Source: Laetmonice hystrix
Taxonomy: Eukaryota
Assembly (NCBI GenBank): GCA_965235115.1
Contig: OZ249436.1
Coordinates: 23,066,001 to 23,130,000, forward strand
Length of the DNA stretch: 64,000 nucleotides
Direction of reading: 5' to 3'
Shown here: in pieces, positions 1 to 12,426 of the stretch
How the letters are laid out: every line of letters begins with the position of its first letter
How positions within the stretch are numbered: position 1 is the stretch's first letter
Position numbers and translations under genes: made by a program
The notes under the pieces: model-generated
Told to the model about the DNA's origin: nothing
Database searches by the model: none
Seen by the model: the letters and a program-made list of their open reading frames with translations, nothing else

Positions 1-574
1 GTATTATTTCCCATAAACCTAGGCTTATAAGAAAAAAGTAACCACAGTGACATATAGATATCTTAACATTTTTTAAATCAAAAATACCTGTTCTTTGTAT
101 TGAAATGCATTATATTGATATGTATGGGTTTGGGTTGGATACATTGGTTACCATGGCGAGATATGGTGGGAGATTTGATAGGTGCCACACATATGACCTT
201 ATACTTATACTTTGCCAAAAAGTGGCCCAAGACCCGTCCAGTTGCCCTTAACAACCCCTGACTAAGCAATCTCTTGCTAGGTTATCTTATAGTTATAGCA
301 TCTGAATCAGGTCGCTGACAGTCAGGATTTAATGTATATGACACAAAAAAACACTGACAAAGGCAAGCTTCATCTCTAACTGTGTCAGGGGTCTGATGGG
401 GGATGCAGAAATTTTTATTCCGGTCTGAAAACAGGTTTGGGTACAAAGGGTGCTGCCCCAACAGAGTACGTAGCGCTGAACTGGCCTGTGGTCAGCGGCC
501 TGGTTAGATTGATTACCCCTGATAACGTACATCTCTCAGATGCTGCTGGCAGGGAGAGCTGGACCTCCGTTCAT

Positions 575-1365
575 TCTACATCACTAGGACAAATGACATC
601 AGCCTATGTCAGAAATCTTGGTGTCAATCGAAAGAGTATGGATGATTTCCTATTCGTATTCAATAGTAACTATGGCTCTATCTTGCATGCTTCATGAGTT
701 ATAAGCCTTAGACGATACAAATGACCTCATTATGACGTATGGCATCATGCTGTGTCATAAATCTGGGTGTCAATTGAAAGAGCACGTATGACTTCCTATC
801 CATGTTCAATAGTAATTATTATGTCTCTTTCTTGCACACTTTATGACTTATAAGCCTTCGAAGATGCCAGTGACATCATTATGACGTATGACGTCACACT
901 ATGTCAGAAATCTCGGTGTCAATTGAGAGAGCATGTATGACTTCCTGTTTATGTTAAATAGTAACCATGGCTCTACCCTGCACTGTTTATGACATATAAG
1001 CCCGAGAAGTTTCGAATGACGTCATGATATATGACATCATGCTATGCCATACATCTTGTTGTCAATTGAAAGATTATGTATGACTTCCTATCTATGTTCA
1101 ATAGTAATTATGGTTCCATCTTGTACGGTTTACAACTTATAAGCCTTAGAAGATGCCAGTGACGTCATTATGACATCATATGGAACTCTACATCATAAAT
1201 TTTGGTGTCAAATGAAACAGCATGGATGACTACCTATTAGTGTTTAAAAGTAGTAACTATGTCTTTAAGTTCGACCATTTACATGCTTATTACGTCATAG
1301 TCACGTGACCTAAAATATAATGGTGTCAAATGAAAGAGCATGTCTTCCTATTAGTGTTTAATGTG
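575..1365. repeat. Degenerate tandem array, ~120-bp unit (satellite-like)
   Basis: The core GTGTCAATTGAAAGAGCATGTATGACTTCCTAT...TTCAATAGTAACTATGG recurs at ~620, 765, 915, 1060, 1205 and 1320 (spacing roughly 115-150 bp). Confidence 0.85.
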
Positions 1366-3149
1366 GGTCCGGGCGTTCCTGTGGTTGGAACATGGGAGCT
1401 GGGTTGGGTTGTGGGACCGGTTGCTGAGGGACTTGGGTCCAAGGCAGCTTTTCTGCGATTAGGAATGAACCGATGAATTTCCTTGGCTGTTCAAGTCAAT
1501 GCCAGGTCAACGATTTTGTCAACAACCAGCCATAAGCTTCATATCGACAACAGGCAACGTGTATAACTTCTCCCATTGTTTTGACCCTCTGTTTAGGGAA
1601 CACCACAGCCCGAGCCTGCAGTGTGTGCAACCTGCGGCATGCTTGGCTATCATCATGATAATAACATGCTATGAAAAAAGTTGTATATACATTATGTATA
1701 TTCAATTTATTTTGTTGCAAAAGTTGAAAAAGTGTGTTTTCAAAGTTACTGTATAAAATGTTTGACATTTGAAAATGTGCTAAAGTCTTTTAATTTTCAT
1801 TAGTGAACTTTGAGGTGTCGTACAGGGGCCCCTCTGATAAGGAAACACCTCCATATAGTGAACATTTTTTTTCTCAATCCCCAAAGTGTTCACTATAATC
1901 CGGAAGTTTTACTTTTAATTCAATTGAGAGATGTCCTTTGATTGTTTTAACTATGGGGTCCTATGGAAGCGCTGGAACATTTATTATAAATTACGCTAGG
2001 CTGTTCCAACATCAGGCCCCATCCCCTCAGTTTGTTACCACTTTGCGACAACCTGCCCCGTCCCGTGCCCAAACATGAGAATTTATATCCTACAGGTGAT
2101 GACCACCAACCAATAAACGAAGACAAAATAGTGAAGAATAATAAATGACGTTTTCCTTATCAACAGGGCCAAGGAATGACACTGACTGGCCGAGACCAGC
2201 CGGGCAGCATCGAAGCTTTGAAGAATATCCTCTTTAGGGTACAAACTATGGTTACATTCTCTGGTGACTGCAGTGAGAGTCCATCATCAAATACACTCAA
2301 TAATAATTCTCAATAATACCATACGGATGTTGGTGTTAAGCAGTTTGGTGGTAAACTTACTGTGGAGGTAATGAACCAAATTAATTGTATTTAGAGAGGC
2401 TACGCGATTTGTTAAATTCCAAACTCGACGTTCTAAAATGTGTGATACTTGGACTCTACTCATTGGAACCTCTAGTTGCCTCAAATAGCATAGTTTTCAT
2501 ATCGAAAACTATTATACAAAAAAGTGTTTTACTAACTGTGCCTCATTACTGTTTTTCTAATTTCAACCAATGTAAAAAGGACGAACTAATTACTATTATT
2601 GAACGCTGTAGCCCCAAAAGCTGTAATGTAGTGGACCCACTCCCACCGTTTTTCTCGGATGTCGGTGTAGGCCTATGTGAAGAAATGATATCGCAGAACC
2701 CTAGAAATAATAATCCCCCACCCACATGGAGGGATTTTCAGTCTGGTTTGGAGCCATGCTGTAACCAGCTCTGTCTGAATCTACAATAAAAAGTGAGTAA
2801 ACTATCATGACGTGGGCAGACCCTGGAGAAGTTTCACTGTTTCGAATAAGATCCTAGTTTGAATAAAATCCTAGACCGAATCTTGAACTGGGTACCGTGA
2901 ATAAGTTCCTAACTTCATGGTGCATATAAAATCGCCGAGTGCTCTGAACCTAGGACAGATATGATTCTTTATTAATGAGAACTTTCAATATTATGAAAGT
3001 TGATCAGATCTTTTGAAGCATATTCAATCTTTAAAGCTACACTGTTTTTAAAACCTGTAATATCGACCCCCTGCCATATAAATCGGCTTAGTGTAACATG
3101 TAAAACTCAAATAAAAAATTGAGCAACCAAATGTAACGTGAGAATGCTT

Positions 3150-3607
3150 AGCTTACGCCGTTGCAATTGACGCAACAAGCAATTTGCTTGCGATGACCCA
3201 TCGCAACCAGGGGGATGCCAGTCGCTTGTCTCTCACTTGTCGCATCGGTAAGGGCCTATGTCCACATAAGCGATGGGCGGCCGACAGATCCTCCACAGTC
3301 CAAAGATTTAACTCATATAACTCCGCCATTTTGATATTCATACGTATAATCACATGACAAGTAAGGCGACTTCTGGTTGGTTGATCCAGTGGACACGTCA
3401 TTGCGACGGCGACGGCTACACTTGTGGAAAGCAGGAAAACAGTGTGATTCAGCTGCAACCGTCCTCGCAAAGAATGAACATGTTCATTCTTTGCGAGTTT
3501 GCGATGACCTTGCGATGGTCGACGAAGCCTGCTGCACTATGCAATGCGACCGTGGGAACGTGAAATCGCAACATGATCGCAACGGAATCACCTGTGTATC
3601 GCCAGCT
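3150..3607. mobile_element. PIF/Harbinger-like non-autonomous element fragment
   Basis: The right end CACCTGTGTATCGCCAGC is followed by TTA, with internal TTGCGATG/CATCGCAA repeats. I did not recognise a left end. Confidence 0.4.
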
Positions 3608-4284
3608 TACGCTCTATCTTCGAATTCGAATTCCCTGATTCGCGCCTGTCGCCACCCAAGTTCTTTTTTCACATGCCGAGTTTCAGCGCCTCTACGTTGA
3701 AGTTGATCGGAGCGTGGTTTTTCAGGACAATCCACCGATCCATTTCACTGCTGATAGACACACGACCACTGTCAAGTCTTCTGTCCAACACCTTCTTTGT
3801 CAGCTTTTTAGCTAATTCTGTTGTATGTATACATTGACTTTCGTCACTTAAAAGCCTGTTTCCTCGGAGGCATATTTACAATGCAAGCGTATGATGATGA
3901 TCAAATATAGTGGAGCGATACCAGAAGTTAGCATAGGATTCCCCAGGACTTGGGACTATTATGGGATTTGTTCGACGTCATTTGCAGCGCCCCTTTCGGA
4001 GAGCAGAGGCAAATTCAAACTCCTGCTATTATCATGTTATAGCTTTGGCCCGAATCCTAGTTAACAAAGATCAACATACTGCAGTACTGCAGCAACAGTG
4101 TGTCTTCACATATCAATAGGTAGCTATTGGTGACAGGTAAGCGTTTTATTTTCGAAGTTACAATGTACCTTTAACCCTTTTGGTCACTGATTACTTTTTT
4201 CATAAGAATTTTTTATAGGGGGTATAGTGATTTAGTTGAGCTATGGTGCCTTAGGTATTGTGGTTAGAGCTTTATGATATGTAC

Positions 4285-6763
4285 TGGGTCTCTGCGGGGT
4301 TGATCTTAACAAATTCAAGGCTTTTCAAGGCCGATTTCAGCAGATTTTCAAGGCCGCTAATGACAAGATCGGGGGCAGTAGTGACTGTCGCATACTAGTC
4401 AATGCTACATACCCCTGCTACTGATATGAATGGAGCACACTTGGCTGATCAAAGGTAAAAAAAAAATAAATAAATAAAGGGACAGTTCTTCATACAATGC
4501 GATACACTGACTGGCTGCAATACGCAGATTTTAGCAAAAATTCCTGTTTTTTTATTACCCCTTTGGGGTGAACGGAGTAATCTGATTGGCTGAAGCTACT
4601 GTGCTGATACGGAATCTGTATCAGCACAGTTCTAAACGGAGCTCATTGATTGGTTAGGGAGGCGTGTGATACGGATATTCGAAATCCTGTATCAGTCGCC
4701 TTCACTGACCCAGATACACCTTGACCGAGTTTTATGACCAATCAGTGGTGAGTATTTCATTGAGGGGGCGTGGCCTAATTCAGATCGTCTTCGCCGAAAA
4801 CTGGGACAGCACCTCGATAATTCTCAAGAATACTGAATTAAACTGACTCAGCAGTCCTCAGAACTCTTACTCAACTCGTTCTCAACGTTTTTTATGCATA
4901 ATTCAAAAGTTCTCAAGCTTAGCAAACTTTCGTATGTCTTGAAATACATGATTTAGTTGATCTAGCGGAGCAGCTCGGTGGACAGTTTCCTCTCTACAAA
5001 GTTTAAGTTACGTCACTGATAACAAACGGCGACGTCACAAATAAACGATGATGACGTTTGTTGCCTAGCGCATAGATCGATTTTGAACAAACGACGACGT
5101 CACAAATAACAAACAACGGTCACGTTTGTTGCTTCAAGTATATAGATCATAGACCTAGGATGGTTTTTCCTCTTGATCTTGCCAAAATGTTATTTCTTTA
5201 GTCACATAATATCCGTTACATTGTAGAAAGGGGTAATAAAAACAGGAACAAACTCGTGTGCTGATACGGAAAGCTGTATCGGACTCGGCGGCAAGCGCGG
5301 AGTTTTACATCAGCACTCGCCCTATCGGGCTCGTGCTGATATTACTCCGCGCTTGCCGCCTCGTCCGATACAGCTTTCCGTATCAGCACACTCGGTCGTT
5401 CCTGTCTATTTATTACCCCTTTGGGGTGAACGGAGCAATCTGATTGGCTAAAGCTACTGTGCTGATACGGAATCTGTATCAGCACAGTTCTAAACGAAGC
5501 TCACTGATTGGTTAGGGAGGCGTGTGATACAGATATTCGAAATCCTGTATCAGTCGCCTTCACTGACCCAGATACACCTTGACCGAGTTTTATGACCAAT
5601 CAGTGGTGAGTATTTCATTGAGGGGGCGTGGCCTAATTTAGACCGTCTTCGCCGAAAACTGGGACAGCACCTCGATAATTCTCAAGAATACTGAATTAAA
5701 CTGACTCAGCAGTCCTCAGAACTCTTACTGAACTCGTTCTCTACGTTTTTTGTGCATAATTCAAAAGTTCTCAAGCTTAGCAAACTTTCGTACGTCTTGA
5801 AATACATGATTTAGTCGATCTAGCGGAGGAGTCGGTGGACAGTTTCCCCTCTACAAAGTTTAAGTTACGTCACTGATAACAAACGACGACGTCACAAATA
5901 ACAAACGATGATGACGTTTGTTGCCTAGCGCATAGATCGATTTTGAACAAACGACGACGTCACAAATAACAAACGACGGTGACGTTTGTTGCTTCAAGTA
6001 TATAGATCATAGACCTAGGATGGTTTTTCCTCTTGATCTTGTTAAAATGTTATTTCTTAGTCACATAATATCCGTTACATTGTAGAAAGGGGTAATAAAA
6101 ACAGGAACAAACTCGTGTGCTGATACGGAAAGCTGTATCGGACTCGGCGGCAAGCGCGGAGTTTTACATCAGCACTCGCCCTATCGGGCTCGTGCTGATA
6201 TTACTCCGCGCTTGCCGCCTCGTCCGATACAGCTTTCCGTATCAGCACACTCGGTCGTTCCTGTCTATTTACCAAAGGAAATTTTTCCTATATTTTAACT
6301 ATTTCCCATATTTCCTGCATAAATCCCTATATTTTTTGGAAATTACTAAAGTTGTCGATTAACCCGAGTTCTTGTGATTAACTCAAATGGAATTTTCGAC
6401 TCACCATCTTGTTCTCCGTTTCACATTTTAAGAACTGTATCAACATGCCGTTTCCATATACTACTCGCAGCCATAGATTGCGCTACAAGGACTCGTGCCG
6501 TAATGGTTCCTGTGCCGTAATGGTCCCTGAGCCAGTTCTGATAACGTCATGTGTGTGTCAGGCGGGAGAGTGGGGGCAAAGAATAGAGGAAATTTTAGGA
6601 TTTTCGAAAAATTTCAAGGCCGATTTAAAGATTTCCAAGGCCTATTTGATGAGTTTCAAGGCCCTCAAACCAATCTGACCGTTTTTAAGGCTATTCCAGG
6701 CATTGAATTTATTTTTCCAAATTCAAGGCTTTTCAAGGCTTTCAAGGCCCCGCGGAGACCCTG
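4285..6763. mobile_element. Non-autonomous DNA transposon (hAT-like, TTCAAGGC subterminal repeats), host of the Crypton-like dimer
   Basis: The ends CTGGGTCTCTGCGGGG and CCCCGCGGAGACCCTG are inverted repeats. Both carry TTCAAGGCTTTTCAAGGC repeats. No clean TSD seen. Confidence 0.6.
4551..6271. mobile_element. Head-to-tail dimer of an ~858-bp Crypton-like non-autonomous element
   Basis: Two near-identical copies (4551-5408, 5409-6271). Each has an internal TTATTACCCC/GGGGTAATAA inverted repeat and a ~165-bp terminal imperfect palindrome with CTCG mismatches. No TIR or TSD. Confidence 0.7.
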
Positions 6764-7289
6764 AATTGTAGAAAAAGTTTTTGCATATGATTTAAACTTT
6801 CAAATATGTCAAATTAGAGAACAATGGTATTTGTATGATTTAGTATGTATACATTTAACTGCCAAATATACAGGGCGTCCGAAAAGTTACTGTGCAGTGG
6901 GAAAAGGTTTAAATAATATATCAAACAGATCACTCCCGCCACCCTCCAAAAGGTGTTCGATAATATACAGCGTCATGTGCAGACCTGTCTTCAGGCTTCT
7001 GGGGGACACTTCCAACATTTGCTGTAGAAGAAACGGTAATAGGGAAGTTTAGAAACCATACGACAAACGTAAACGTGTACGATAAACGATAAATGTGATG
7101 TCATATGCAAATTCCAAACCGTGCAAACGTTTTCCGAAGACGGTAAAGTAAATAGGCTGGGGACCTTTGTTAGCGACGGCGAGTTGAATAGGAACTAGAC
7201 CCGTTGCGGTGATAACCACAATGGATCCCATCCCCTGGGGGGTCCTGTCTACCATGTTCTGATTTAGTAGAGAGAGCTAAGGCTATTCA

Positions 7290-8400
7290 AAATGATGGTG
7301 TCAAATGAAAGAACATATATATTGCTTCCTGTCAGTGTTAGTGTTTAATAGTAGGTACATAGCTCTAACTTCAACCATTTACAAGTTATAGCCCTAAGAA
7401 AAATAAGAAAATATGGATGATGTCATTAGGACCTGATAGGTCACGTGACCTGAAAAATAACGGTGCCAAATGAAAGAGCATATGACTTCCTATTCGTGTT
7501 CAATAGTAACTATGACGCTAACTTCAACCGTTTACAAGTGATAGCCCTGAGAAAATATGGATGGCATCATTATGACGTCATAGGTCACGTGACCTGTAAA
7601 ATAATGGTGTCAAGTGAAAGAACATATATGACTTCCTATTAGTGTTTAATAGTAACTATGGTTCTATCTTCAACCATTCACAAGTTATAGCCCTGAGAAA
7701 ATATGGATGACATTCTTATGCCATCACAGGTCACGTGACTTAAAATAATAATGGTGCCACATGAAAGAGCATATATGACTTCCTATTCATCTTCAATAGT
7801 AGACTAAGTATGACTCTAACTTCAACCATTTACAAGTGATGGCCCTGAGAAAACATGGTTGACATCATTATGACGTCATAGGTCACGTGACCTGAAAAAT
7901 ACTGGTGTCAAGTGAAAGAGCATATATGACTTCCTATTAGTGTTTAATAGTAACTATGGCTCTATCTTCAACCATTTACAAGTTATAGCCCTGAGAAAAT
8001 ATTGATGACATCGTTATGACGTCATAGGTCACGTGACCTAAAAAATAATGGTGCCAAATGAAAGAGCATTATGACTTCCTATTCGTGTTCAATAGTAACT
8101 ATGGCCCTAACTGGCACTGTTTAGAAGTTATAGCCATAGATAGCTAAACTGGCCACTGTTGAAAATTTAAAGGTCACGTGATTCATCGAAGATAGGTCAA
8201 ATCGCTTATCTTTGGATGATTCTATTAAAACCCTTGTTAGAGAGTGTTCCTGTCCAATATTATCAAATTTTACCAAAAAAATAAGAAGAAGAAGCGATTT
8301 AACCGATTTGTGACCTAGGACCCAGTTCTCCCTAAGGTCAAAGGTCAAAGGTCAAATGAAGGGTCAGTTTTAGGCTAGACCCTTGCCTGATCATAACGCC
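7290..8400. repeat. ~120-bp tandem array (same family as 575-1365) followed by a Helentron/DINE-like core segment
   Basis: About 7 units of GGTGTCAAGTGAAAGAGCATATATGACTTCCTATTAGTGTTTAATAGTAACTATGG (7290-8130), then a segment rich in AAGGTCAAAGGTCAAAGGTCA. Confidence 0.8.
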
Positions 8401-8454
8401 ATGATAGATCTTGGAAATTCCAAATATGAACTTTGAAAATGGCCCTGGACCAAG

Positions 8455-8730
8455 AGTCATTGGATTGGGATCTGGGCTGGACCAGATTGAAATCATTATT
8501 TCGCCTGGACCAGTTGCCAAATGGTCCGGATCAGATCCCAATCCTATGACTGAAAACCTCGATTGGCATCCAGGCCAGCCCAGATCCCAATTGTGATCTG
8601 GTCTGGTCCAGTTTCCAATTGGTCCGGCCCAGATCCCAATTGGCATCCAGGCCAGCCCAGATCCCAATTGGTCCGAACCAGATTCGGACCAATTGGCAAC
8701 TGGGCCAGATTGGGATCTGGGCCACGACAC
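8455..8730. repeat. Short direct/inverted repeat cluster (CCAGATCCCAATT / TTGGGATCTGG)
   Basis: TTGGCATCCAGGCCAGCCCAGATCCCAATT occurs at ~8563 and ~8640, with inverted copies at ~8465 and ~8710. Confidence 0.7.
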
Positions 8731-10850
8731 ATACATGTCGTGTAGGAAAGGCTACCACAACATGCAGTCTGGTCCCCCACACAGCGCCCCCCTTATGCTC
8801 GACAGTGGGGACCGTGCGGCCAGGCTCCTGCCGGTTACTACCGCACACTAGATGGTTATCTAATAGGTCTAATGGGAGACCCAGCAAGGCTCCACTTAAA
8901 GCGATCCGAAACCGCCACTAGCAATAGCACTGGCTACACACTGATCATCGTAACGCGCGTTACGCTGATCCAAGATGGACGATCCCGATGCTCGCTTCGC
9001 GTGTTTTTGTTCAAGTTACAAGGGCTACGGTGCATCAACAACATAAAACAACACCTGAATATCATGATAACAATGTGTGCCTGCCGTTTGTCTCAGTTTG
9101 GGGTCCTAGACGGGCGTAGATTAAGAGAAAATGGACGCAGAAGATTTGGCGATGATACCCGTAACGCGCACCGCTGATCCCCGTAACGCAAGTTTAATTT
9201 GGTGACAGGATAGGCGTAACGCGGCACCTAAACCTTTCACTGAGCCTAAAGGTTTTTACGTAGACGAGTAGACGACTTTCAACATCGGCTCGTGATCTGA
9301 TAATGAATCTCAACTTTGTAATGAGCATTATCTACTTCAGTATGAAGGTAAAACCATGAGGTACACGTATATAATAGGGCGCGGATTAACAGCGTGTGTG
9401 ATACTATACTATAGGGCCCTACTATACTATAGGTGTTACCATACAGAGTGTGTGTGGACCCCAGGGCGGGGTCACGAATCTAAGACATGCCTGGCAGGCA
9501 CCATGAGAGATCGAGATGCTTTGTCCTTCCCCAGTACCCCGGGGTAGAGCACCCTGACTCCTCCGTCACAGGGAGTACGCTAGTGAATTTTGGGTATTAG
9601 CCACAGTGGCTAACAACTGAGGAAAAGAACTAGCCACAGGGAAAAAGTTTTAGCCACAGTTGTTTTAATGTTTTTTATTTGGCAATGGCTGCTGCCAAAG
9701 TACTTTGGGCGGAAGACCACCAAAAGGCTATTGCCAAAGTACCAATCAAAATACAGTATTTGTACTTTGGCAGCAACAAGCCAGGGTAATTGCTGCCAAA
9801 GTACCAATGGGCGACTGGCTGACAAACTGCTTGTTGCCTGATCCTGCCAAAGTACTTTGGAAGCAAGAAACATGTATACGGTCAACTCGGGGTTGATGCA
9901 TGTAACAAAGTACTGTGTCCGGATTATAAAGCCACACGATTGTGCAGGAGACTGTGGGCTTCAGTATCAAAGTACGTTGTCAGCAACTTTATCAGGAACT
10001 CTTATATTGCACATGTGGACGAACAACTTTTTCTGGAAGCGCTGTTACCAAACTCTATGGGTACACATGCACTGAAGTGTGAAAGTACAAAAGTTGTTAG
10101 GTGACGTTCAGACTATTACCGCGTTATATCAGTGGCGGATCCGGGGGTAGGGAGTTAGCCCCCGTAGCCAATTTGGTCTTTTTTCACCATTGAACGGTCT
10201 TAATTGTTCATGACTACTCCCCTCCCCCAGAAAATTCTTCCCTTTAACCCCGCCCACTTCCTAAATCCCGGATCCGCCCTGTATCAATACGGTTTTTAAT
10301 ACCAAAGTAGGCCTACTTTGACAGGAAAAAGTGTGATTAAGCCTATACTACAATTTCTAAGCATGACCTACTGAGCCAACGTCCTTTTTGTCTGGAAACA
10401 TGAAATCTCTGGACCTGAGATTTAGTCTTGACACACTTTTTTCATGACACACAGGGATATTTTCGATGGCGAAGTACTTTGTCAGGTGACGCTGTCTGAA
10501 CATGACGTTTATTGACAGAATAAAGTCAGGAAGTCAAGTGGTACTATATTTTGAACATGAGCTTTATTGCCAACCGACCCTTCACATTGGACATAGAGAA
10601 TTACAACTGTCGGTGTGGAGAAAATCTTAGGTGTAAAAGCAGAAGGTATACTCGTAGTTTGCTGACGTCGTCAAGGTAATGTAGGCCTACTTAGGTAGGC
10701 CTGTATAATTTGGAGATGCCAATTAACATGCGAAACTGTGTAACCCTGAAAAAAAGCCTTTCAGACCTTCCTTCGAGAGTTACAGTAAAACAGCCTGCGG
10801 TAATTTGGCCCGAATCTGTATAGTAATATGGAACAATTGGAAAAAGTGGA

Positions 10851-11378
10851 CACGCCCTACCCCTTGCTGCCACAGTACCTTGGCAATAACAATGCAGTCT
10901 AACCCCCTACCCCTTGCTGCCACAGTACTTTGGCAATAACAATGCAGCCTAACCCACTACCCCTTGCTGCCACAGTACTTTGGTAATAGCAAAGCAGCCT
11001 AACCCCCTACCCCTTGCTGCCACAGTACCTTGGCAATAACAATGCAGCCTAACCCCCTACCCCTTGCTGCCACAGTACTTTGGCAATAAGAATGCAGCCT
11101 AACCCCCTGCCCCTTGCTGCCACAGTACCTTGGCAATAACAATGCAGCCTAACGCCCTACCCCTTGCTGCACCATTACTTTGGCAATAACAATGCAGTCT
11201 AACCCCCTATCCCTTGCTGCCACAGTACCTTGGCAATAACAATGCAGCCTAAGCCCCTACCCCTTGCTGCCACAGTACTTTGGCAATAACAATACAGCCT
11301 AACCCCCTACCCCTTGCTGCCACAGTACCTTGGGAATAACAATGCAGCCTAAGCCCCTACCCCTTGCTGCCACAGTAA
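10851..11378 (+). repeat. 50-bp tandem array, about 10.5 copies
   Basis: CCCTTGCTGCCACAGTAC(C/T)TTGGCAATAACAATGCAGCCTAACCCCCTAC starts every 50 bp from 10861 to 11361. Confidence 0.95.
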
Positions 11379-11399
11379 CAATTTGTTAACCGATGTTGC

Positions 11400-11480
11400 C
11401 AGGTTTGGTTTCCGTTGTCTAAGCTGTTCATATTGATAATGAAACCAGACATGACAGTTGTCGCACTGGATTTTTTTGGC
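11400..11480 (-). pseudogene. PHD-finger remnant (probable MULE transposase C-terminal part)
   Basis: Minus-strand IQCDNCHVWFHYQY matches the PHD motif IQCDxCxxWxHxxC, with the last Cys lost. Confidence 0.55.
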
Positions 11481-11809
11481 GCGGCCAGATCTGATGCCAG
11501 TCCCTCGCTCCACAGTCATTTGAATGGTTCGGCCAAGAACTGCTGGTACGTATGTTGGCGGTAGTCTGGTACGTGGAGCTGCGTGAGTGATGAAGGTGCC
11601 ACTCCTCTCACGAGTGCATCTGCATTCTGAATTAACAAGAATGTCGACAATCATCAATAAATCAATTTTATTTTTATCAAATTGATCAGTCTCTTTGCCA
11701 TAAATGGTAAAGTTTATGGTTACAGTGCAAGTAATCAAAGAGTCTATCAATTTTAACTGAAATGACAGATGGCGTGGTTTCTGATGAGATATTACCAAGC
11801 TAATGTGAG

Positions 11810-12075
11810 AGCAAGGGGCAGGGCGTTAGGTTGCAATGGTTATTGCCAAAGTACTTTGGCAGCAAGCGGCAGAGGGTTACGCTGCATTGTTATTGCCAAA
11901 GTACTGTGGCAGCAAGGGGCATGGGATTAGGCTGCATTGTTATTGCCAAAGTACTGTGGCAGCAAGGGGCAGGGCGTTAGGCTGCATTGTTATTGCCAAA
12001 GTACTGTGGCAGCAAGGGGCAGGGCGTTAGGCTGCATTGTTATTGCCAAAGTACTGTGGCAGCAAGCGGCAGGGT
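11810..12075 (-). repeat. Inverted copy of the 50-bp array, about 5 copies
   Basis: GGCTGCATTGTTATTGCCAAAGTACTGTGGCAGCAAGGGG is the reverse complement of the 10851-11378 unit, with 50-bp period. Confidence 0.9.
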
Positions 12076-12239
12076 TTTAGACAGGGTCGATAATATTTAT
12101 GGTACTCGGTACATAAATATCATAAGGCGATATCATAATCACATCTGTAACAGCTAAGGTCTGGCCTTGTTGCAGCCCTGTAACAATCATGGCAAAATGA
12201 TTTTAACTTCGCTCTGATTTACCGTTAATTATGTTAAAT

Positions 12240-12426
12240 AATGTAGAAATGAACTAACCTTATCCCCTCTAGGATCCATATGTCTTGTCTTCCTGGGTGT
12301 TTTTGTAGATACGTCTTCACAGTTTCTGAGGCGTATATGTGATAAACAACATTCTGACCCTGCTTGTACTGGTCAAATGCCTCAGAAAAGCTGTGGTCCG
12401 TCGGAAACGTGTCACCCAGCTTCATT
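12240..12426 (-). pseudogene. ZSWIM1/3-type MULE transposase N-terminal remnant
   Basis: MKLGDTFPTDHSFSEAFDQYKQGQNVVYHIYASETVKTY resembles the MxLGxxFxxxxxFxxxFxxY start of ZSWIM3-like MULE proteins and lies just inside the right TIR. Confidence 0.5.

Noticed and set aside
8121..8921. Overlapping ORFs on both strands
   Set aside because: Products of short repeats, with no recognisable domain.
11400..11480. PHD remnant as RAG2-like
   Set aside because: It lies within the nested MULE (own TIRs and 9-bp TSD), has a canonical PHD pattern, and no kelch repeats are nearby.
10851..12075. CRISPR-like array
   Set aside because: Units are contiguous 50-mers with no unique spacers, in a eukaryotic context with no cas genes.
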